Positions 20,014 through 28,439 of a stretch of DNA of 58,334 nucleotides are shown here, in pieces. The position numbers and the translations under genes are program-made. How positions within the stretch are numbered: position 1 is the stretch's first letter; every line of letters starts with the position of its first letter. Origin of the DNA: a virus (taxonomy: Duplodnaviria; Caudoviricetes); the IMG/VR virus record IMGVR_UViG_3300048848_000261, positions 1 through 58,334 of that record; one strand, 5' to 3'. The notes under the pieces are model-generated. The model was not told the DNA's origin and ran no database searches. It saw only the letters and a program-made list of their open reading frames with translations.

Positions 20014-20151
20014 TCAATTGCCCTTTGCAAGTATGCGAGACTGCGATCGGCGCGCCTTTGACGACGCGAGCTTTGCAGCCTTCTTTTTCATCCACGCACC
20101 ACGGCCTTTCTTTGGGCCGTTGTGCTCAGTCTTGATGATCGAGTGGGCCAT
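20014..20151 (-). CDS. Small highly basic protein
   Basis: MAHSIIKTEHNGPKKGRGAW.KK..AK..S.K.RR; tightly packed in the operon. Confidence 0.55.
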   Translation of the reverse strand: MAHSIIKTEHNGPKKGRGAWMKKKAAKLASSKARRSQSRILAKGN

Positions 20152-20155
20152 GGTT

Positions 20156-20689
20156 TCAGGCCCGCCCTGGAATAATGACCGTGCCGTAGACCAGCACATC
20201 GAAGAAGATCGGAACCCCGTTCGGTGTCGTGAACGACAGATAGAGGTACGGCACGCGCCATCTCTTCGGTGCGACGTTCAAGACGAGGACGCTGGAGATG
20301 TCGTCACCGAGGCCGGTGTAGATCTGGCTTGCCGGTACGATGATCTCGCCGGCCTTGTTTACAAGCGTGTAGATACCGCCCCTCATCTCGACCGGGATCG
20401 CAGTCGCGTGGCAAAGCACGATCTTGTCGATGATGAACTCTTCAGCGCCGTAGATCGGGATGGTCTGGTCCGTCGTGGTTGTACCGCTGGCACCGATCAG
20501 CTTGCCGATCGTTGGCTCGAAGCCAATCTGCGGCGGCCCTTTGCGCCCATCGCCATTTTCCAGACGGATCTGCCCCCACGACGACCACTCGCGACCGAAC
20601 AGAACACTGTCGATATTTGTGACGAAGCCATTTCCATCGACCGAGGCGCTTCCCGAGCCACCACCGAACATTTGCATGAGAGCTGTCAT
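20156..20689 (-). CDS. Hypothetical tail-module protein
   Basis: GAGGA RBS; operon position. Confidence 0.7.
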   Translation of the reverse strand: MTALMQMFGGGSGSASVDGNGFVTNIDSVLFGREWSSWGQIRLENGDGRKGPPQIGFEPTIGKLIGASGTTTTDQTIPIYGAEEFIIDKIVLCHATAIPVEMRGGIYTLVNKAGEIIVPASQIYTGLGDDISSVLVLNVAPKRWRVPYLYLSFTTPNGVPIFFDVLVYGTVIIPGRA

Positions 20690-20698
20690 AGGAGATCC

Positions 20699-22228
20699 TC
20701 AGTAGGTTAAGACCGCGCCGGCGTTGACCAGGCGCTCACGTATGACGCCGTAATCGAGAAGGCCGACCGGTATATTCAAGTCGAGTGCAGCGACCATTGC
20801 GATACCCAAAGCGTCACCGATCGCCATCGACGTCGGCTCCATGCGATAGGACGAGAAGAACACGTCATCGACGGCAAGCGTCCAGGGCGTGACGATGTTG
20901 GTGCAATGACGCAGACTCGGCCGGCAGGCTCGGAACGGCACCTGATAGTAGCCGCGACCGGTATCATCGAGCGCGCCCTCGGCGTTGAAGCCAGTGCCCG
21001 GGCGCGGGTAGTTGTTTACAAAGTGCCGATCGGCATTGTAGCCGCCGATGCCCATCGAATCCTGCTTCGACTGACGGCCGGGAGAGACCATGTCTGCGAA
21101 GGTCAGGATACCTTCATTGCGCATGGTGTTGCACTTGCGGACATAGAGCGCCGAGGACCAACCCGGTGTGCCGATGAACTCGTCGGTGTTGTGGGTCGCC
21201 GGCAGACCGTGCAACGCCATGTTGTCGCGCATTGCCTGCGGAACTCGTGGGTCCGTCATGGCGACGTAGAACTGGCCCATGTGCCGGTAATAGTACGCCG
21301 CCTGCTCCATCAGCCTCTCGGCTTTCGAGTACATGCGCGGATAGCCCCAAGCGCGGCCATGCCAGTCGTTACCGTTGGTCGTATGCAGGCCTGGCATGAT
21401 GGTCTGGTAGGAGTTGATCGACTCGATCGTCTGCATTCCACGGACGTTCGTCTCGTCGATCCAGTCGAGGAAGTCCTTGATGCGGAAGCCGGGCGGCGGA
21501 ATGAACGGGCGACGGTTGTCCTCGGTCGACAGCGTCATGCGGAAGTCGAAGCCTTGCGTCTTCGTGTCACCGACGCCTAGAGTCGGGTTAAGCGGCGGCA
21601 TGGTGTAATAGGGCCACACGTCGCCCTTGGCATTGACACGTCGTTGGTTGCCGGCTGAGTAGTGGTCCGACCGGTAGCCCGCGTTGATCTCGTTGAAGCT
21701 GGCCATGCTGTTGCGGCCATAGTCGAGAGGCACACCGGCCAGGCGCAGCAGGTCTCCTTCATAGCCCGCGCACATCATCGCTAGCGGTCGGTTGACGCGG
21801 TAAACGTCGCCGTTCGACAGCGTGATCGATTGGATGGCCTTCGTGGTCGGGTCCTTGACAACACTGACGGCCTCGATGTCGGTGACGACAGTGATGCCGG
21901 GTGTATTTAGATACGAATTGCGGGCAACCCTTGCCCAGTCGGGAGCATACCGTCGAATAAGGCCGTTTGGATGATACCCGTACGTGTCAGACGACGCGCC
22001 CGCCGCAATTGCGGCCTGCTCGACCCGCTGGAAGAAAGTGCGTGTGAGGCCCCAATCGGTGTTTGCGACATAGTCCGGCAAACCCAGCCCCCCGGTGACC
22101 AACCCGCCGGTGAATTTATTCCATTCCAGAATGGCAACAGTGTATCCGGCGTCAGCGATCCTCTTGGCGGCATTGATGCCGCCCATGAGGCCACCGTAGA
22201 TGAGCGCGTCGAAGCTGTATGTCGCCAT
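20699..22228 (-). CDS. FAD-dependent oxidoreductase (FAD_oxidored/PF12831-like)
   Basis: YGG..GG..AA, GGLVTGGLG, YEGDL, GIGGYNADRH, YQVPFR, SSYRMEP. Confidence 0.85.
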   Translation of the reverse strand: MATYSFDALIYGGLMGGINAAKRIADAGYTVAILEWNKFTGGLVTGGLGLPDYVANTDWGLTRTFFQRVEQAAIAAGASSDTYGYHPNGLIRRYAPDWARVARNSYLNTPGITVVTDIEAVSVVKDPTTKAIQSITLSNGDVYRVNRPLAMMCAGYEGDLLRLAGVPLDYGRNSMASFNEINAGYRSDHYSAGNQRRVNAKGDVWPYYTMPPLNPTLGVGDTKTQGFDFRMTLSTEDNRRPFIPPPGFRIKDFLDWIDETNVRGMQTIESINSYQTIMPGLHTTNGNDWHGRAWGYPRMYSKAERLMEQAAYYYRHMGQFYVAMTDPRVPQAMRDNMALHGLPATHNTDEFIGTPGWSSALYVRKCNTMRNEGILTFADMVSPGRQSKQDSMGIGGYNADRHFVNNYPRPGTGFNAEGALDDTGRGYYQVPFRACRPSLRHCTNIVTPWTLAVDDVFFSSYRMEPTSMAIGDALGIAMVAALDLNIPVGLLDYGVIRERLVNAGAVLTY

Positions 22229-22230
22229 GG

Positions 22231-23910
22231 TCAGAAGCCCGCCGCAGCAGCGAAGAAGGTTTCAAGCGCCGCGGCGCCAGCATAACGTTGAGCCTGCGTG
22301 AGGCTGAGACCTGCGTATCGTGCTTTGATCCCGCCTGTGTAGAACGCCGACAGGCCGCCCGTTCCGTTGATCGCGCCGTCGACGAGGTTCGATGTCGACG
22401 GTGCGGTATCGGTGACAGGTATGTCCTGCTCGAAGTGAGCCGACCCCTTATCCCTATGAGCAAGGAACTTGCCAGCACCCGTCCGTGTGACACCTTGCAG
22501 GCCGCCGAGGCCGCCAACTGTGACGATCTGCGCTGACGAGAGGCTGTGCATTGTGGAACTGACAGAGGTCCGGTTGGGACCGTTGCGGACAGCGGAATCC
22601 CCGCCAGCGTAGTGGGCAGAGCCTTGGATTGTGTCGTCAGTGTAATGCATGACCGTATGGTCAGTGGCGGAAGCGATCGCAGTCAGACGCTCTCCAAGAT
22701 CGATAGCGTCGTCCACGCCGTCGAAATTCATTCCCGTCCAACCACCAGTCGGTCCACTGATACGAGTGTAAGATCCCGACTGCCCCCACTTCAGAAGCTG
22801 GTCAGCCAAGTTCGGACCGCAGTAGACCGCGACACGCCCCCGATCCAACCAGCCAGCACCCTTTAGGCCGACAAAAGCATTTTTGATCGCTGTCCGCATC
22901 GGCGTAGTGAGGGATGCGCTGTAGCGGGCAAGATGCAGATCGGCTGCAGCAAGAGCGTTCGGATCGACGTTCGACAAGTTGGAGTAAGAGATTTCGATCG
23001 CGACGCTTCCCTGGTCCGCAATTGCGTTGATGTTTCCAGGCGGAAGACGGTCGAAATCCACAGCCGCGCCGGGGCCGATGGTAACGCCGACGCCTCGAAT
23101 AGATGGGTTTCTGCCCCCCGTTGCGACCGAAAGAGTTCCGGTGGTGGACAGATTGAACACCGTGGCACGGGTCTGCTTTGCATCAGCAAAAATGATAGTC
23201 TTGGCTTGAGTGCCGACGACGTCGGAGCCCGCGAAAGTATATTCTGTTGGCATGGAGTCCTCTCTGATGCGAGCAAGCAGGTTTTCCCAGGTGTAGCGAA
23301 ATAGCGTCGAGCCATTGCCGCTGAGCAGAAGGAATTCCCTGTTGTCAGGAGTTGTGGCCGGTGTACCGGCGGCCAAGGTAGGAATGACAGCGGATGCCGC
23401 TTGCCCGGACTGCTTGAACGTAAGCGGAGTGGTGCCGAGAGTGATCGGACCCGGCGTCGTGCAGACGTATGTCTTGCCGCTATCGGCTGCGCCAAGCTGA
23501 ACAAGGAAGGTGATCCCCGGGAGTTCCGAGCCTTGGTCTGCGTCTGCCGTGCGCGTCGGCGCGCCATTGGTGACGGTATAAAGACCGCTCTCTGGACGCC
23601 CATCCATGAAAAAGCGCTGACCGACGACTGCTGTGACGGTATCGTGCACCGTGCCAGCGGCAAAAGCAGTTGCAATCGGCCCGGTCGCCGTTGTGCGGAA
23701 AGCGACCGGCTCAACCTGCTTTGAACCAGTCGCGATAAGGTCAGTAATGTCCTCGATCGCTTCAATGAACGACTGCTCAAGCTGGTCGAACTCGCTCTGG
23801 ATCGTGGCGGCGAAGTCGCTTCGGATCGAGCTCTTTTGAGGCTGGAACGGAGCGGTCGCCGAACCATCCCGGAAGACGCGGTCTGCCGAGGCTTGGATTT
23901 CTCCTGCCAT
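22231..23910 (-). CDS. Tail fibre / receptor-binding protein candidate
   Basis: N-terminal A..VFRDG..P.QP.K.IR anchor; G.Y.V....TR..DAD...ITLGTT.LTF fibre motif; FDGVDD lectin-like C-terminus. Confidence 0.65.
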   Translation of the reverse strand: MAGEIQASADRVFRDGSATAPFQPQKSSIRSDFAATIQSEFDQLEQSFIEAIEDITDLIATGSKQVEPVAFRTTATGPIATAFAAGTVHDTVTAVVGQRFFMDGRPESGLYTVTNGAPTRTADADQGSELPGITFLVQLGAADSGKTYVCTTPGPITLGTTPLTFKQSGQAASAVIPTLAAGTPATTPDNREFLLLSGNGSTLFRYTWENLLARIREDSMPTEYTFAGSDVVGTQAKTIIFADAKQTRATVFNLSTTGTLSVATGGRNPSIRGVGVTIGPGAAVDFDRLPPGNINAIADQGSVAIEISYSNLSNVDPNALAAADLHLARYSASLTTPMRTAIKNAFVGLKGAGWLDRGRVAVYCGPNLADQLLKWGQSGSYTRISGPTGGWTGMNFDGVDDAIDLGERLTAIASATDHTVMHYTDDTIQGSAHYAGGDSAVRNGPNRTSVSSTMHSLSSAQIVTVGGLGGLQGVTRTGAGKFLAHRDKGSAHFEQDIPVTDTAPSTSNLVDGAINGTGGLSAFYTGGIKARYAGLSLTQAQRYAGAAALETFFAAAAGF

Positions 23911-23995
23911 TATTCATCTCCGATTTGCTAGGAACTGTCGGCCTCAGCCGCCAACAACAGAAAATTGTTACAATATGGATTGCGCGCTACCGCAG

Positions 23996-24406
23996 TCAGA
24001 TGGCCGCTGGACGATACCCTATGAGGCGAAGCGGGATCGTCAGGCTCTGTCCGAGGCTGACTTGCGGGATGCTGTGATAGACGTTGACCTTCCCGTCTGC
24101 GGGAACGTACCCGGTCGCTTCCAGCATGACGGAGCTGCCGACGTTGACGCCGGCGACGGCTGGCTCACCATTGCGGTGAACATAGATCCGATCGTTAATG
24201 CGCGCATCCGGAACGTCGACGGTCTTAACCTTCGATCCGCTTGAGATGGCGATGGTGGCGGCGTGAGTAACCACGACGTCCACCACGAAGGCGACCTTGG
24301 CTGCAACGGCTGCGTTTTTGGCAGTGTCTGCCTCAGCCTTCGCCGCTTCAGCCATCTGGCTCGCAAGGGTGTTCGCGGCTCTCCAGTCACCTTGTTCGGC
24401 TGCCAT
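23996..24406 (-). CDS. Hypothetical tail protein
   Basis: TGATG coupling to the upstream tail-tip gene. Confidence 0.7.
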   Translation of the reverse strand: MAAEQGDWRAANTLASQMAEAAKAEADTAKNAAVAAKVAFVVDVVVTHAATIAISSGSKVKTVDVPDARINDRIYVHRNGEPAVAGVNVGSSVMLEATGYVPADGKVNVYHSIPQVSLGQSLTIPLRLIGYRPAAI

Positions 24407-26817
24407 CAGCCTATCCTCCTGATCGAGAAGCTATCGACCTCAACGACAGCCGTGCTTGTCGCCACCAGACCGAACGCAGTGGTCGTGCCGTTCGCGGTCA
24501 GTGTCTGCGTGAAGGTGCCGGCCGTCGTGCGCCCCGTCCCGCTGACATTCGTCGTTCCAATGAGCCGCGGCGTTATGCTGCCACCGGATATCGAGTTGAC
24601 GGTGAATGTGACCTCGTAGACAGCACCGGCAACTGTCGAAATATTCTGCTGCAGAATACTCGATGAGCCGGAGACGTGGTTATATGCGCCGTTGGCCCAA
24701 GCCCAACCGGTGCCTTTCGTCCACGCGCTGTCAGACGCGGCATCGCCATTCGTCAGCAGTTGCGGGCCATAGATATCGAGCAGGATCGAAGCCGGCGTCT
24801 GGCACTGGACGCCGGACCCGTTCTTGCTTGCAAACCAGTATTTCCAGTGACCGTATCCCGGCAGATCTGTGATCGGCCCGATGACCTGGTTCGCGGTCAC
24901 ACGGTAGTCGCTATTCAGCTGCACGGCCTGGTCATAGGCTTGCGCTGGCGTTCCACGCTTGAACACCAGATAAGCCGTGTTGTCGTTCCCGGCTCTTGCA
25001 CTCAGCAATGCGTTGAGGCCAGAGACAGTCGCCGAGGGCTCGACCGGCGGGCCCGGTCGATCGGGATCGGACAGCGCCGGTATATTCTCGACAAGGGACT
25101 GCTCAGACGACGTGCCACCCGCCTTACGCCACTCGACAGCGACGTCATACAACGCGCCATCGACCAGACCGATGGCCTCGGCGCTGACATTGTCGTCACC
25201 GACGGCCATTGGCTTCCACTTGTTCTGATCGGCAAGCGAGATCTGCGCATAGGCCGTCAGATCGTCACGGCTCGGATATGGGGACCAGGTTGCCGATATG
25301 ACCGGGATCTTGTTGCTGCCGGACACGGCGCGCGATCCGCCGACGACGACAAGGTTGGCAGGCGGGTCGAGGTCGGAGTCCTCAGTGCTTAGTGGCACCG
25401 GTGGCGGCGTACCTTCTTCCGCCGACGAAAGATCGTACATGAAGGGCGAACAGCTTCGCACCTCCATCATGACGGTCATCGTTTCGTCGTCTTCCTGATA
25501 ATCCTCGACCTCGAATGGTTCGAAGTCGATGCCAAGTTCCCTGATCTCCAGAAAAATACGCCGTTCGCCCCGAGCCTGAATACCGAGCAGGTCTGTAACG
25601 ATCTTGCCCTGCCAGCGAGCCGACGCACGACAATAGCGCAGCTTCTGGATGCGCCGGCCGTGATGATGGTTCTGGATCTCGTAGGCTTCGATCGGGATCG
25701 TGCGTGTACCCTGCGCGCTGATATCCTCTTCATCGCGCCATGGATCGCAGCTCGAAGCCGAATAGCCGGTGAGCGGGTTCGTGTATTCAAGCGTCACCTC
25801 GTTGGCTTCGCGCAGCGGGCCGCTTGAGTCCGACATTTCGTAGCTGACGATACACCCATCCGGGATCCGGACCGTCGGCTCTACCCATATGCCAGGATGG
25901 ATGCCGATCTTGCCGTTGGCCTTGAGGTAGATGCGGCTGTCGGTGGCCGTCTCCATCCGCTCGATGATGTCGGCCGGCTCTGTCGTCAGATCATACGAGA
26001 GCTGACCGTGATAGCGTCTGACCGTCCCGCCACCGTTCGTCGGCAGGATCTGGTCGGCGATGTCGGCTGCGACGGCAAAATCATCCTGATCGAACTGGGA
26101 CGGATCGATGCCGGCTCCATCGGGATCGCCGAGATAGTCGAGATAGATCAGGTTCAGATTAGCCGTCCAACCGGTCGTGTTCGTGCGCGGATCTTTCGCG
26201 GTCCCGTCGCGCCGCAGCCCCTTATATTGCGGGATGCGGTTCGGGTAGATCGAATTGAAGTCGTCCTGCTTGGCGCCCTTGGCTGTGATGGCGACCGAGA
26301 TGCATCTGTCGCCGCGATTGGCTTCGCTCCAGATTTCCGGGAATACCTCTGCGATGCTCTGGTAGTAGGTTTCGGTCGCAAGGCCACGGCGGGTTTCGAT
26401 CCGTATCTTGCCCTTGATCGGCTTGGCCTGAATCCAGCCGTTGGCATCGAGCTCGACCGGCCGATCATCGATGTAATGCGCGACGAACTCCGCCGTCGGC
26501 CCCTCTCCGAGGTAGATGACCATGTAGAGGCCACCGTTGCGCGAGCGGTAGAAGGCAAAGCCGCCGCTGGTCATCACCAGGCCACGATGCTTGCGACGCG
26601 GCATCACAGACTGGCGCAGCGTCGACTTGACGTCCTGCGGCTTCAGGCTCGAAGGCTTAGGGCCAAACAGCGCATTCGCGGCATAGCTGATACCGAGACC
26701 GATCGCACCGGCCACAAGGTTTCCAGCGAACGTGAGAGCCCCACCAGCGCCTACGAGCCCCGGCACGCCCAATGCAGCGATAAACCCAACGACAGCTGCA
26801 GGCATCAGGCTCTCCAA
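24406..26817 (-). CDS. Tail tip / central fibre (host-specificity J-like) protein with Fn3-like and CBM-like C-terminus
   Basis: DPRT....WTAN..L..LDYL motif; position after the NlpC-like gene. Confidence 0.8.
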   Translation of the reverse strand: MESLMPAAVVGFIAALGVPGLVGAGGALTFAGNLVAGAIGLGISYAANALFGPKPSSLKPQDVKSTLRQSVMPRRKHRGLVMTSGGFAFYRSRNGGLYMVIYLGEGPTAEFVAHYIDDRPVELDANGWIQAKPIKGKIRIETRRGLATETYYQSIAEVFPEIWSEANRGDRCISVAITAKGAKQDDFNSIYPNRIPQYKGLRRDGTAKDPRTNTTGWTANLNLIYLDYLGDPDGAGIDPSQFDQDDFAVAADIADQILPTNGGGTVRRYHGQLSYDLTTEPADIIERMETATDSRIYLKANGKIGIHPGIWVEPTVRIPDGCIVSYEMSDSSGPLREANEVTLEYTNPLTGYSASSCDPWRDEEDISAQGTRTIPIEAYEIQNHHHGRRIQKLRYCRASARWQGKIVTDLLGIQARGERRIFLEIRELGIDFEPFEVEDYQEDDETMTVMMEVRSCSPFMYDLSSAEEGTPPPVPLSTEDSDLDPPANLVVVGGSRAVSGSNKIPVISATWSPYPSRDDLTAYAQISLADQNKWKPMAVGDDNVSAEAIGLVDGALYDVAVEWRKAGGTSSEQSLVENIPALSDPDRPGPPVEPSATVSGLNALLSARAGNDNTAYLVFKRGTPAQAYDQAVQLNSDYRVTANQVIGPITDLPGYGHWKYWFASKNGSGVQCQTPASILLDIYGPQLLTNGDAASDSAWTKGTGWAWANGAYNHVSGSSSILQQNISTVAGAVYEVTFTVNSISGGSITPRLIGTTNVSGTGRTTAGTFTQTLTANGTTTAFGLVATSTAVVEVDSFSIRRIG

Positions 26818-27188
26818 GCTTTCAGGTGACCACAGCGGTAGCCGGCAATGCCGCGTTCAGATTTGACGAGCCATCGACCTGAAGGCCCCATGATCGCGCC
26901 GAACATCAACCCATGCGCAGCAACGACACCGATATCGCCTGGTCGCGGACAATCGATCTCGACGGCACCAACGCGCGCAGCGCATGCCGCCACGACAGCC
27001 AACATGCCGCCCTCACGCTCGACGACGGCACGGCACTCGTCTTCCGTGCCATAGCTGCCGCGCAGATGCGGAGCCGGATCGACACCGTGCTTGAACCGCC
27101 ACCAATTCGCGATGGTCATAGCGCAGTCGCTCTCCGACCAGACGTGATCCGATCGGGCTGCTTCAGCCAGGAATGTTTCGAGCATCAA
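26805..27188 (-). CDS. NlpC/P60-like tail protein (DUF6950-like)
   Basis: W..SDC....A.W....GVDP....RG.Y and PGDIGVV. Confidence 0.75.
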   Translation of the reverse strand: MMLETFLAEAARSDHVWSESDCAMTIANWWRFKHGVDPAPHLRGSYGTEDECRAVVEREGGMLAVVAACAARVGAVEIDCPRPGDIGVVAAHGLMFGAIMGPSGRWLVKSERGIAGYRCGHLKAWRA

Positions 27189-27760
27189 AAATCCGGGAAC
27201 GTTATGCGCCGGGTGTCGATACCCGGTGTGTCATCTGCAAAGGCGTCGCCAGGATGCCTGTTGCGTTGATCTTGCGGCGTGAGGTAGGCAAACTTGGCTC
27301 GCTTCTTGGCTGAGAACGGGCTCTCCGCAGAGATTGAGACTGTGCGGAGAAACCCGGTGTCACTCGCCTCACGCGTCGATGTGAACTTGCGAACAAGACC
27401 AAAGGACACTGCAAACGGATTGTCGAGAAGACCCCATTCCTTGTCGAAGAACTGATCATAGACGACAGCAGCACGGTTAAAGTATTCCGTCGCCTCACCC
27501 TTTGCCTTGGCGGCAAACTCTTCGTCGACTCCGGACAAGGTGAAGATCAGCTCCGGCGTCTTGCCACCCATGGTCGAGGCGATACCGGATATCTTACCGA
27601 GGCCCCCGACCCCGAGCCAGCGCTTGCCGTCCTTGGTGTCTAACGATCCAAAGCCGTTCCAAAGTCCGATCCGGCCGCTGACAAAATCGATATCCAACAA
27701 GCGCGCCTTACGGACATTCCTGCCGGCAAGATGCGCCTTGATGGTTTCAGGAAAGTCCAT
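27185..27760 (-). CDS. Minor tail (hub) protein
   Basis: W.G.G.L....W.GVG.LG.I and DQ..RHPGD motifs. Confidence 0.75.
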   Translation of the reverse strand: MDFPETIKAHLAGRNVRKARLLDIDFVSGRIGLWNGFGSLDTKDGKRWLGVGGLGKISGIASTMGGKTPELIFTLSGVDEEFAAKAKGEATEYFNRAAVVYDQFFDKEWGLLDNPFAVSFGLVRKFTSTREASDTGFLRTVSISAESPFSAKKRAKFAYLTPQDQRNRHPGDAFADDTPGIDTRRITFPDF

Positions 27761-28439
27761 TCCAGCTCTCCTGAAGTTCGATGGAAGGGCGGCTCCAACG
27801 GCCCATATCGAGCGCAAGCTCACCAGTGTCAGGGGTGGCCAAGTTCATAACGAGCTTCGGATCTACGAAATCCACCTCGTCTCCCGACGACACCGTTGTG
27901 CGAAGTGGCGGCAGGAAGCGCACCGTCGCCGTATTTCCATCGACCTCTGGCGGCTTCGTGACCACGTACATGCTTGGGCGGAGGCCGTCATAGACCGAGA
28001 AGTACATCCCGCGCTTCAGGTTTCCGGCCTGTTCGATGGTGAGGACCGCAGAGGTGGCCCGCATGCCGAGGGCGCCTTTGGAGGTGACCTTGATCGTCGA
28101 CTGACTATAGCCAGAACCGTCCGAGAACAGGGAGCCGTCCGAGTGCGGGATGCCGCTAAGGATCGGCGGAAGACCGCTGTGGACCGGGGCACGCAGATGA
28201 TCGAATGGACTGATGATGATATCTTCAAGGCCACCTTGCAGGTCTGCGATGATCCCGCGCCACTCCAGTATCTGGTCTGTCGTGACGATCGGAAATTCTG
28301 ACATCGTCCCGACCCAGTAGCCGGCATCCGATGCCACCATCTGTTTCCGGCCGGAGAAGCTGGTCGGGCCTGTGATGAGCATCGGCTTGATGCGGAACAT
28401 CACCTCAACGGGTATGAGAAGCGAAGACCATTCGATCAT
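27747..28439 (-). CDS. Distal tail protein
   Basis: Follows the tape measure gene; HSDGSLFSDGSGY and F.PPLR motifs. Confidence 0.75.
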   Translation of the reverse strand: MIEWSSLLIPVEVMFRIKPMLITGPTSFSGRKQMVASDAGYWVGTMSEFPIVTTDQILEWRGIIADLQGGLEDIIISPFDHLRAPVHSGLPPILSGIPHSDGSLFSDGSGYSQSTIKVTSKGALGMRATSAVLTIEQAGNLKRGMYFSVYDGLRPSMYVVTKPPEVDGNTATVRFLPPLRTTVSSGDEVDFVDPKLVMNLATPDTGELALDMGRWSRPSIELQESWNGLS

